Shown: one piece after another, positions 56,985 to 64,000 of the stretch
Layout: each line of letters begins with the position of its first letter
How positions within the stretch are numbered: position 1 is the stretch's first letter
Assembly: GCA_965207305.1 (NCBI GenBank)
Contig: CBDBMB010000002.1
Location: forward strand, 303,344-367,343
Origin: Dehalococcoidia bacterium
GTDB lineage: Bacteria; Chloroflexota; Dehalococcoidia; Lucifugimonadales; JAGWBF01
DNA length: 64,000 nucleotides
Direction of reading: 5' to 3'
Translations under genes and position numbers: made by a program
The notes under the pieces: model-generated
What the model saw: only the letters and a program-made list of their open reading frames with translations
What the model was told of the DNA's origin: nothing
Database searches by the model: none

Positions 56985-57818
56985 CTAGCCCAGGGTGATG
57001 CCGGCGTCCCTCGCCAGACTGCGGATGTGGGCGACGCCCTGGAGCGTGTCCTCGTAGCCCAGGTGCTCCACCTGCAGGGTGACGTCCCGCCCCAGCCCGT
57101 CCAGCCGGCGAAGCGCCGTCGCCAGGTCCATCAGGCCCGTCCCGGGGATGGACTCGTCCACGTGGACGATGGTGTTCCCGCCCCCGGACATCACCACGTC
57201 CTTGGCGTGCAGGCCCACTATCCGGTCCCCCAGCCTGTCGAAGACGTCGTTCACCAGCTCCGTCGTCCTGTAGACCATCTCCGGGCTGGTCAGGTTCACG
57301 ATGTCGATGAGGACCTTCAGCCGGGGGGAGGGCACCGAGGCGAGCAGCTCCTCCACCCGTTCGATGGAGAACAGGGGGCTCATGTAGTGGGGATGCGCGG
57401 CCACGTCCATCCCGGCGCCCTCGGCCTCGGCGGCCAGCTCGGCGACGGCCCCTATGCACCGGCGCCACGTCTCCTCCGTCCACATCCGGGGAGTAGCCCG
57501 GTCGCACACGATGTTGAACCCGACGAAGGCCGCGCCCATGGTCCCGGCGTGCCGTAGCTGGCGCCTGTAGTCGGCCATCGCTGCCCGGTGCTCCTCGGGC
57601 ACCGCCGACGCGAAGTCGAAGCGGAACTGGACGTACTCGCCCACGCGCAGGCCGTGCTCGTCCAGGAACGCCCGGGCCTCGGCCACCTTGCCGTCGGGCC
57701 AGTCCTCGGGAACGTGCGAAGCGATGGCGGTGCACTCCAGCTCCCCGGCCTTGCGCAGCATGTCGGCCCGGGACTCGGCGTCGTCGCCCAGGGCCACGGG
57801 CGGGCACATGACTATCAT
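56985..57818 (-). CDS. sugar phosphate isomerase/epimerase (xylose-isomerase-like TIM barrel)
   Basis: 277 aa. The pattern of conserved acidic and His positions (HAKD, QVEH) is typical of the AP-endonuclease-2/TIM family. Confidence 0.65.
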   Translation of the reverse strand: MIVMCPPVALGDDAESRADMLRKAGELECTAIASHVPEDWPDGKVAEARAFLDEHGLRVGEYVQFRFDFASAVPEEHRAAMADYRRQLRHAGTMGAAFVGFNIVCDRATPRMWTEETWRRCIGAVAELAAEAEGAGMDVAAHPHYMSPLFSIERVEELLASVPSPRLKVLIDIVNLTSPEMVYRTTELVNDVFDRLGDRIVGLHAKDVVMSGGGNTIVHVDESIPGTGLMDLATALRRLDGLGRDVTLQVEHLGYEDTLQGVAHIRSLARDAGITLG

Positions 57819-57909
57819 GGCGTGTCTCCTGGCAGAGTGTCTCTACGGCCTTTGGGTGGGGGTTGCCGCTCTCACGACCGGTTGGCCCGGCCCGTGCCGC
57901 AGGCCGGAG

Positions 57910-58824
57910 CTAGCCGTTCTGGCGCCCGGCGTACCAGTCGATTATCTCGGCCCCCGTGGCCTTCCAGACCTGCTCGCGGCCCGCGACGTGGGCCAGGATG
58001 CGCTCCAGGTACTTGAGTCGATAGGGCTGGCCCATTATCCACGGGTGGATGCTGTACACGAGGGTCCGGCCGTTCTGGGCGCCTTCCCTGTGCAGAACGT
58101 CGAAGGTGTCCGTGGCCGCCTGCGCGTACTCGGTGATGGGCATGTTGCGGATGCCCAGGACCGTATGGTCGTCCAGCTCGGTGGTGACCGGCAGGGAGTA
58201 CAGAGCGCCGCCGTCGACCTTCATCCGGTATGGCTGCTCGTCCACCGTCCAGTCGCACACGTAGCGGATGCCGTGCTCGGCCAGCAGGTGTGGCGTACGC
58301 CTGGACTCGCTGTACTCGACTCCGAGCCATCCCGAGGGTCCCCGTCCGGTGGCCCGTTCGATGGCCCCGACGCACCTGGCTATGTGGGCCCGCTCCTGCT
58401 CCTCGGACATCTCCGAGGTGATGAGCCGGTTGGCGCTCACCCCGTGGCCGATGACGTCCCAGTCGCGCTTCATCACCTCGTTGACCAGGAAGGGATTGGT
58501 CTCCGCGATGACGGCGTCCATGGCGGCCGTGGCCCTCATGCCGTACCTGTCCAGGAGCTTCATGATGCCGAATATGCCCACCCGGTTGCCGTACTCACGG
58601 TGGGAGGCCCGGGTGATGTCCGGGAAGGGGCGCATGCGGGCCGGGCCGTACCTGCGGTTGAGAGTGAACGCGTCCTCGGGCGGCTTCAGCTCGTAGTGCT
58701 CCAGGTTGACGATGACGCAGAAGGCCACCCGCGCTCCGTCGGGCCACGTGAGGGGCTCCCTGGCCGCCATCGACGAGAACGGGTAGAAGTCGTGGTCCAT
58801 CCCCGGTTGCCGTGCGGCGGTCAT
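57910..58824 (-). CDS. polysaccharide deacetylase family protein (PuuE-like), copy 1
   Basis: The ATG at 58824 overlaps the upstream stop (ATGA). It contains PLTWPDGARVAFCVIVNLEHYE and is 304 aa. Confidence 0.65.
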   Translation of the reverse strand: MTAARQPGMDHDFYPFSSMAAREPLTWPDGARVAFCVIVNLEHYELKPPEDAFTLNRRYGPARMRPFPDITRASHREYGNRVGIFGIMKLLDRYGMRATAAMDAVIAETNPFLVNEVMKRDWDVIGHGVSANRLITSEMSEEQERAHIARCVGAIERATGRGPSGWLGVEYSESRRTPHLLAEHGIRYVCDWTVDEQPYRMKVDGGALYSLPVTTELDDHTVLGIRNMPITEYAQAATDTFDVLHREGAQNGRTLVYSIHPWIMGQPYRLKYLERILAHVAGREQVWKATGAEIIDWYAGRQNG

Positions 58825-59843
58825 GCCTCTGGCTCCCGTCGCATATCTTGGGGACCGGGACCCGGGCTCTGGGGGGCCGGGTTCAGGTCCTGCCGCCGCT
58901 CCTCCAGGTATGCCACCACCGTGTCGTAGTAGTTGTCCATGTAGTACTCGGCGATCTCCTCGGCCGTCGTCTTCCACACGCCGTCGTGGGACAGTATGTA
59001 GGTCAGGATGTCGTCCAGGTGCTTGATCCGGTGGGGGGCCCCTATCCAGTAGGGGTGCAGGGCGATGCACATGACCCGGCCGCTCTCGGCGCCCTGCTCG
59101 TAGAGCATGTCGAACTGGTCCTTGCAGATCTGGGCGAAGTACGGTGCGTCGTTGGCGGACTCGGCGACGGCGGCGCTGTCGTTCATCTCCAGGGTGTAGG
59201 GCAGGGAGATGAGGCGGCCCGACTTCACCTTCAGAGGGAAGGGCTGGTCGTCGTGGCACCAGTCCGTGTGGTAGATCAGGCCGGCCTCGGCCATCAGGTC
59301 GGGCGTGTTCACTGTGGCCGATATGGCGGGGCCCAGCATCCCCTTGAGCCGCTTCCCCGTATGCCTCTTCAGCGTCTCGACGCAGTCCACGAAGAAGCGG
59401 CGCTCGTCCTCTTCGCTAACGCCGTGGAGGGTGCGGTTGTTGTAGATGCCGTGGGACATGTAGTCCCAGTCCCGCGCCACCATGGCGTCTCTGATCTCGG
59501 GGAAGTGGTCCAGCACCGCCTCGTTGAGGGAGGCCGTGCAACGCATGTCGTGTTTGTCGATCACCTCCAGCATGCGCCAGAAGGCCACCCGGTTGCCGTA
59601 GTCCCGGGTCCTGTACCACTGGAGGTTGGGCGTGGGAATCCCGGCCCCCACGAACCCCGGAGGCCTGCTGGCGGCCGGCGGGTCGTACTCCAGGTACTCC
59701 ACGTTGGGCGACAGCCAGAAGGCGACCCGGGCGCCTCCCGGCCACCGTATCACCGGCCTGTCTATTATGGGAGAGTAGTCGAACCACCTGTTCACAGTCC
59801 CGGACCTCGCGTGTGCTGGAGTCGCCTGCGTCCTGCCCAACAT
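58821..59843 (-). CDS. polysaccharide deacetylase family protein (PuuE-like), copy 2
   Basis: 340 aa; contains PVIRWPGGARVAFWLSPNVEYLEYD. It is a paralogue of the downstream gene. Confidence 0.65.
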   Translation of the reverse strand: MLGRTQATPAHARSGTVNRWFDYSPIIDRPVIRWPGGARVAFWLSPNVEYLEYDPPAASRPPGFVGAGIPTPNLQWYRTRDYGNRVAFWRMLEVIDKHDMRCTASLNEAVLDHFPEIRDAMVARDWDYMSHGIYNNRTLHGVSEEDERRFFVDCVETLKRHTGKRLKGMLGPAISATVNTPDLMAEAGLIYHTDWCHDDQPFPLKVKSGRLISLPYTLEMNDSAAVAESANDAPYFAQICKDQFDMLYEQGAESGRVMCIALHPYWIGAPHRIKHLDDILTYILSHDGVWKTTAEEIAEYYMDNYYDTVVAYLEERRQDLNPAPQSPGPGPQDMRREPEA

Positions 59844-59848
59844 ACTAC

Positions 59849-59875
59849 GGCATGCAGCACAGGTTTGTCATCCGC
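59849..59875. repeat. left copy of the 26-nt direct repeat flanking the RHH-PIN cassette
   Basis: GGCATGCAGCACAGGTTTGTCATCCG compared with GGCATGCAGCCCGGGTCTGTCATCCG at 60661-60686 (23 of 26 identical). Confidence 0.75.
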
Positions 59876-59932
59876 ACTCGTTGAGCCGAACGACCCGAAC
59901 ATACAGAGGCAAGAGTACAGATAACGACGTAG

Positions 59933-59947
59933 CAACGATCGTTGACA
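59933..59947 (+). promoter_or_regulatory. 12-bp perfect palindrome overlapping a TTGACA -35 box upstream of the RHH antitoxin gene
   Basis: CAACGATCGTTG (59933-59944) overlaps TTGACA (59942-59947) in a locally AT-richer stretch. Confidence 0.45.
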
Positions 59948-60000
59948 GGAGTCCGCAATTGGTGCACCATCTGAGTAAGACTCGATAACAAGAGGTTGGC

Positions 60001-60258
60001 ATGCCGCGAACTACCAAGACCATCACCTTCTCGTTGTCGCCGGAGATGGCGGAACGCGTGGACCAGGTGATAAGCCAGCACGGCAGGTCCAGGAGCGAGT
60101 TTCTGCGGGAGGCGTTGCTCCGTTACATCGAGGAGTGCGAGTGGAGACAGCTGCTCCAGTACGGCGAAGAGAAGGCCAGGGAGAAGGGCCTCGGCCCTGA
60201 GGACGTGGCCCGCTTGGTGGAAGAGCACAGGGCCGAAGTCAGCTCGTCCCGGGCGTGA
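60001..60258 (+). CDS. ribbon-helix-helix (CopG/VapB-like) antitoxin
   Basis: 85 aa. KTITFSLSPEMAERVDQV...RSRSEFLREALLRYI is an RHH signature. Confidence 0.8.
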   Translation: MPRTTKTITFSLSPEMAERVDQVISQHGRSRSEFLREALLRYIEECEWRQLLQYGEEKAREKGLGPEDVARLVEEHRAEVSSSRA

Positions 60259-60656
60259 GAGTGGTCCTGGACACCAACGTTATCGTCTCCGGTCTGAATT
60301 TCCCTGGCAACGAGCGCCTCATCCTCGAGCTGGCCCTGAGGGGACGGTTCGATCTTTACCTCTCCCCCTTCATCCTGAACGAGGTTGCGGAGGTGCTCGG
60401 GGGCAAGTTCGATTGGGACGAAGAACGCTCGTCCCACGCTCTCAGGACTCTGGCGGATGCTGCCACGGTGCTCGACCCCCCTGGGCTCCCGGAGGTGATC
60501 GCTGGCGGCCACGCCGATAACCGTATCCTGGATTGTGCGGCGGCCGCGAACGCCGACTACCTGGTCACCGGCGACCGGCGGCATCTGCTGCCACTTGGGG
60601 AGCATGAGGGAGCGAGAATCCTCAACGCTCCCCAGTTCTTGTCTACCATGCATTAG
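60255..60656 (+). CDS. PIN-domain toxin (VapC-like)
   Basis: The GTG start overlaps the RHH stop (GTGA). VVLDTNVIVSG and LVTGDRRHLL carry PIN acidic residues; 133 aa. Confidence 0.8.
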   Translation: MRVVLDTNVIVSGLNFPGNERLILELALRGRFDLYLSPFILNEVAEVLGGKFDWDEERSSHALRTLADAATVLDPPGLPEVIAGGHADNRILDCAAAANADYLVTGDRRHLLPLGEHEGARILNAPQFLSTMH

Positions 60657-60660
60657 GCAA

Positions 60661-60687
60661 GGCATGCAGCCCGGGTCTGTCATCCGG
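60661..60687. repeat. right copy of the 26-nt direct repeat flanking the RHH-PIN cassette
   Basis: See 59849-59875. This copy contains the TGA stop (60682-60680) of the DUF123-like gene. Confidence 0.75.
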
Positions 60688-61066
60688 CGGCGCCTATCAG
60701 CATTCCTGGAACCGAGACGGCATTCATAGGCGGAGACACAGTGTCGGGGAAGAAGACCAGGTGGCTCGGGCACCGGCAGTCAGAAGCGCCGAATCCAGGC
60801 ACGGGTATCCGGGATCCGGGGGCGGAGAGAACGATCCGGGCCCAATGGCACTCCAGCCGTTCGGGCCCTTCACGCCACCACACCCAAATGGGGCAGGACA
60901 CCTCTGTAAGCGCGTCGATATGCCAGCGGAGGCGTTTTCCCTGGGTCAGGTGCCGCCCGACGCGCCCGGCCAGGCCATTCAGGGCGCTGCCCAGGTAGAA
61001 GTAGGACCCTTTGGCGTAGGTCGCTGGACCCAGACTGCCCGCCGTCAAGATATGGGCGTCGTCCAA
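60680..61066 (-). CDS. GIY-YIG superfamily protein (DUF123-like); start codon unresolved
   Basis: GSYFYLGSALNGLAGRVGRHL...RLRWHIDAL...FGASDCRCPSHL matches the DUF123 pattern. Family-like sequence (GGTYALLFRLDD) continues in frame upstream of the TTG at 61066. That stretch has no ATG, GTG or TTG back to the in-frame TGA at 61219-61217. Confidence 0.6.
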   Translation of the reverse strand: MDDAHILTAGSLGPATYAKGSYFYLGSALNGLAGRVGRHLTQGKRLRWHIDALTEVSCPIWVWWREGPERLECHWARIVLSAPGSRIPVPGFGASDCRCPSHLVFFPDTVSPPMNAVSVPGMLIGAAG

Positions 61067-61205
61067 TCGGAATAGAAGGGCGTAGGTGCCTCCGGCCGAA
61101 GGCAGTACACCAGGGGGGAGACGTCCGCCGGTCTTTCCACACGGGCTCCGCGCCGGTGGGATCCGGCAGCCCGAGACTCCGGCGCCCGACGACGTATCCA
61201 GGCCT

Positions 61206-62114
61206 CTAGCCGCTCCTCACCTCGATGCCCGCGTCCTTCAGGACGCCGCGCAGCCGGTCCAGCACCTCTCCCTGCTCCTCCAGGGTCCGGTTGTCCACCT
61301 CGTACCCCTTGCGGCCGTCTCCCCGGACGACCCCCCTGTCGCAGATGTCCACTATGAACTCCTGCACCTGCTTGCCCGTTGGGAGAAGGTCGCGGCCAGC
61401 CAGCTTGGATAGGGCGGTCACCAGCCCATAGCAGCCCCAGTCCGAGGAGCGTCCCAGGACCGGCTTCGTGGACGGTACCACTGCCGGCTCAGCCAACGGG
61501 TGGGGGAGGTCTCCGATGAACGGGGCGAAGTTTCCCATCCCCAGCTCGTTGCCCGCGTCCCCCACGGCCACCGTGTGGGGATGGTTCTCCAGCAGGTAGT
61601 CCAGCTTCGCGGTGAACTCGCTGATGTCCCAGCCCATCATGTTCAGGTAGCGCCGCTCCCGGGTCAGGCCGCACCGCTCGGTGGAGATCACCACCGAGGG
61701 CTCCTTCTCCTCCAGCAGCTTCCTGCTGTAGTTGTCGCTCTCCTTGAAGTCGGCCATGGGGAACTCGACGTAGTCCTCGGCGCCCGGCACCCCGTCGAAC
61801 ACGAAGCTGAACCACTGGTCGGCCACGTAGGTCACGTGGAAGTCCAGCGCCCTCAGGGCCTCTCCCAGGAAGTAGGCCCCCGGCGGACCGTCCGTTTCCA
61901 CGGAGCCGCCCTCGGGCAGCGGGAACTTGTACGGGACGGGGATGAAGAAGCCGGTGATGATCATGGCCCGGTTGGGGTGGTCCAGCATGAACCGGGCCGC
62001 GTCCTCCATGTAGTCGGAGGCCAGGTAGGGCCTGAGCTCCACCAGCCGGGGGGCGGGTTTGCCGCCCCGCACTCCGCCTATCAGGTCCAGGGCGATGTCT
62101 TCTATGGCACCCAT
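61206..62114 (-). CDS. DUF4392 (D-glutamate cyclase-like) domain protein
   Basis: 302 aa; AAGGAGAGG RBS. ETDGPPGA and VAVGDAGNELGMG segments are characteristic of the family. Confidence 0.7.
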   Translation of the reverse strand: MGAIEDIALDLIGGVRGGKPAPRLVELRPYLASDYMEDAARFMLDHPNRAMIITGFFIPVPYKFPLPEGGSVETDGPPGAYFLGEALRALDFHVTYVADQWFSFVFDGVPGAEDYVEFPMADFKESDNYSRKLLEEKEPSVVISTERCGLTRERRYLNMMGWDISEFTAKLDYLLENHPHTVAVGDAGNELGMGNFAPFIGDLPHPLAEPAVVPSTKPVLGRSSDWGCYGLVTALSKLAGRDLLPTGKQVQEFIVDICDRGVVRGDGRKGYEVDNRTLEEQGEVLDRLRGVLKDAGIEVRSG

Positions 62115-62195
62115 GTCGCACCTCTCCTTTGGCTCATGGTCCGGCCGTCGCCGGATATGGGACCGAGGGGCCCTCGCCTGGCCCGGCGGCCTTGT

Positions 62196-62942
62196 CTACG
62201 CCGCCACCCGCTCCCTCATCAGCACGCCGCCGCCCTGGATGGGCTCCGTGACCTCCAGGGCCCTCATGCACGCCCAGAAGGTGGCCTGGTTGGCCGTCAC
62301 CACCGGCTTGCCCGTCGCCTCTTCTATCGCCTCGATGGACTCGGCCGCCCCCTTGAACGCGGTGCAGCTCATAAAGATGGCCTCCGCCTCCGGGCGGTCC
62401 ACGCTGAGGGCCAGGTCCATCGCCACCCCCGGCGGGAACTGGTTGTAGTCCATGGGATATTTATCGCTGTCGACGGGCTGGAAGTTGACTATGTCGAACC
62501 CGGAGTCGGTGTAGTACTGGCGCAGCCTTTCGTTGACCTCCGCCGGGTAGGGGGAGCAGGCGGCGATCTTCGTCACCCCCAGCTCCTTCAGGGCGTCGGC
62601 CACCGCCTTGGCCGTAGCGACGGTCCTCACCCCGCCCGACACGCCCTGGATCTTGTCGATGATCTGGGCATCGTAGCCCACGCCGTTGAGGAAGCTGCCG
62701 CTGGTGCAACCGAAGGCCATCACGTCCAGCGGTACCTGGGCCATGGTACGGGCCGTGTCCTCGATGTGGTCTCCATAGGCCTGGAGGGCCTCCACCAGGT
62801 TCTTTGGCGGGGTCGGCGGGGAGTACATGCGGTTCACGTGGACGCGCACCGAGTCCGGCAGCCAGCGGTCGAAGTCGTCCTCCATGGTGGTGTTGGCGGG
62901 GGGTACCATCAAGCCGATTCTCTGCTTTCCGTGGAGAGGCAT
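62196..62942 (-). CDS. Asp/Glu/hydantoin racemase superfamily protein (maleate isomerase / arylmalonate decarboxylase-like)
   Basis: The ATG at 62942 lies 4-5 nt after AAGGAGGA. Two catalytic-type Cys motifs are present: FGCTSGS and MSCTAF; 248 aa. Confidence 0.8.
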   Translation of the reverse strand: MPLHGKQRIGLMVPPANTTMEDDFDRWLPDSVRVHVNRMYSPPTPPKNLVEALQAYGDHIEDTARTMAQVPLDVMAFGCTSGSFLNGVGYDAQIIDKIQGVSGGVRTVATAKAVADALKELGVTKIAACSPYPAEVNERLRQYYTDSGFDIVNFQPVDSDKYPMDYNQFPPGVAMDLALSVDRPEAEAIFMSCTAFKGAAESIEAIEEATGKPVVTANQATFWACMRALEVTEPIQGGGVLMRERVAA

Positions 62943-63127
62943 CGCTTCCTCCTTCTTCTGCACCCTCGGGCTTTTGTACTCTCGGGGTGCGGTTTTGGGG
63001 AGTTTAGCACGCGAGCCCTGGACGGTCTAGGCCGCCGGGCGGGTCGCGTGTATAATACGGAGACTGTAAACCGTCCGTGCCCGCGGCGTTTCACGGGCGG
63101 TCAAATACGATTCCGGGAGGTGAGTCG

Positions 63128-64000
63128 ATGTCCGAGTTCCGTGGCGTGTACCCCGCCTTCCTGACCCCCATGACGCAGGACGGAGGGCTGAACGAGGCGG
63201 CCTTCAGGGAAGTGATGGAGTTCAACATCCAGCAGGGCGCCCACGGCTTCTGGGTGGCCGGAGGCACCGGCGAGAGCGTTCTCCTGGACGATGCGGAGAA
63301 CATGCGCATCGCCGAGATAGCCGCCGACCAGGCCAGGGGCAGGATAAAGAACATCATGCACGTGGGCTCGCCGACGACGCTGCGGTCCGCCAGGATGGCC
63401 GAGCACGCGGCCAAGGCCGGGGTGGACGCCATATGCTGCGTGCCGCCCTACTTCTACGGTCGCAGCGACGACGAGATGGTGGAGCACTACCGGGTCGTGG
63501 CCGCGGCCGCGGACCTGCCCTTCTTCGTGTACAACATCCCCAAGGCCACCGGCGTCGAGGTTAAGCCGGACCTCATGCGGAAGATCCAGGACCAGGTCCC
63601 TCAGCTAACGGGGCTCAAGCACTCGCCCATGGACATCTCCAACATCCGCACCTTCGCGAAGATGGGACTGAGCTGCTTCGTGGGCCACTCCCACCTCATG
63701 CTGCCCGCCCTCACCATCGGCGCCGTCGGTTGCATAGACGGGCCGCCCAACATAGCCCCCGAGCTGTGGGTGGAGCTTTGGGACGCCTATGTGGCCGGCG
63801 ACCTGGGGCGGGCCGAGGAGGCCCAGGACAAGGCGACCAACCTCAACCTTTTGGTGGACAGGTTCGGCCTGCACGCTACCGTCAAGGCGGCCATCGGCGA
63901 GCGGCTGGGCATCGACTGCGGGGCCCCGCGCCCGCCCGGGCGGCCCATCAGCCCCGAGGGCAGAGCCGAGGTGGTGCGGACCCTGGCCGCGTTGGGCATA
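63128..64000 (+). CDS. dihydrodipicolinate synthase / N-acetylneuraminate lyase family aldolase (3' end outside the window)
   Basis: The ATG at 63128 follows GGGAGGTGA. Translation is MSEFRGVYPAFLTPMTQDGGLNEAAF...WVAGGTGES...GLKHS (Schiff-base Lys). The frame stays open to the window end, so it is missing from the ORF track. Confidence 0.85.
   Translation, partial: MSEFRGVYPAFLTPMTQDGGLNEAAFREVMEFNIQQGAHGFWVAGGTGESVLLDDAENMRIAEIAADQARGRIKNIMHVGSPTTLRSARMAEHAAKAGVDAICCVPPYFYGRSDDEMVEHYRVVAAAADLPFFVYNIPKATGVEVKPDLMRKIQDQVPQLTGLKHSPMDISNIRTFAKMGLSCFVGHSHLMLPALTIGAVGCIDGPPNIAPELWVELWDAYVAGDLGRAEEAQDKATNLNLLVDRFGLHATVKAAIGERLGIDCGAPRPPGRPISPEGRAEVVRTLAALGI

Overview
The window is visibly GC-rich (roughly two-thirds G+C by eye, not computed) and gene-dense. 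It looks like bacterial chromosome: about 60 protein genes, strong GGAGG-type RBSs and many 1-4 nt stop/start overlaps. I found no rRNA, tRNA, CRISPR array, transposase, integrase or phage genes.

Most of the content is catabolic or redox enzyme genes, often as tandem paralogue pairs:
- two amidases, each with a small GatC/AtzG-like partner
- two PEP-mutase/isocitrate-lyase-family genes
- two GMC oxidoreductases
- two SDRs next to a split MaoC hydratase pair
- two DipZ-like exported thioredoxins
- two PuuE-like deacetylases
- a hydantoinase A/B pair

Housekeeping genes are interspersed: ligA, pth, pcrA/uvrD, acs, fabF and folC.

Observations most worth a second look:
1. A glutaredoxin/NrdH-like gene that the ORF track misses. 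It has an in-frame TGA exactly at the first Cys of its CxxC motif (UPTC) and a SECIS-like hairpin downstream, so it is a selenoprotein candidate (22563-22775, minus strand).
2. An NHEJ island with DUF72-LigD-HigA-like on one strand and a second ATP-dependent ligase, Ku and a retropepsin-like protease on the other.
3. A single-polypeptide MNT-HEPN (MntA-HepT-like) fusion whose HEPN Rx4H arginine appears to be lost.
4. Two independent GatC/AtzG-like small subunit plus amidase pairs.
5. A vapBC-like RHH-PIN cassette flanked by 26-nt direct repeats, beside a DUF123 GIY-YIG gene that has no canonical start codon.
6. A REP-like hairpin element in three copies, with a compensatory stem substitution in one copy.
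7. A recurring promoter layout: TGCTATAAT or TTGACA promoters followed by locus-specific direct repeats in the leader. The only DNA-binding folds I recognised are the HigA-like HTH and the RHH antitoxin.

All family calls come from reading motifs by eye and none has been checked against a database. The long Arg/Pro/Gly-rich ORFs in the track are high-GC shadow ORFs and were not called.
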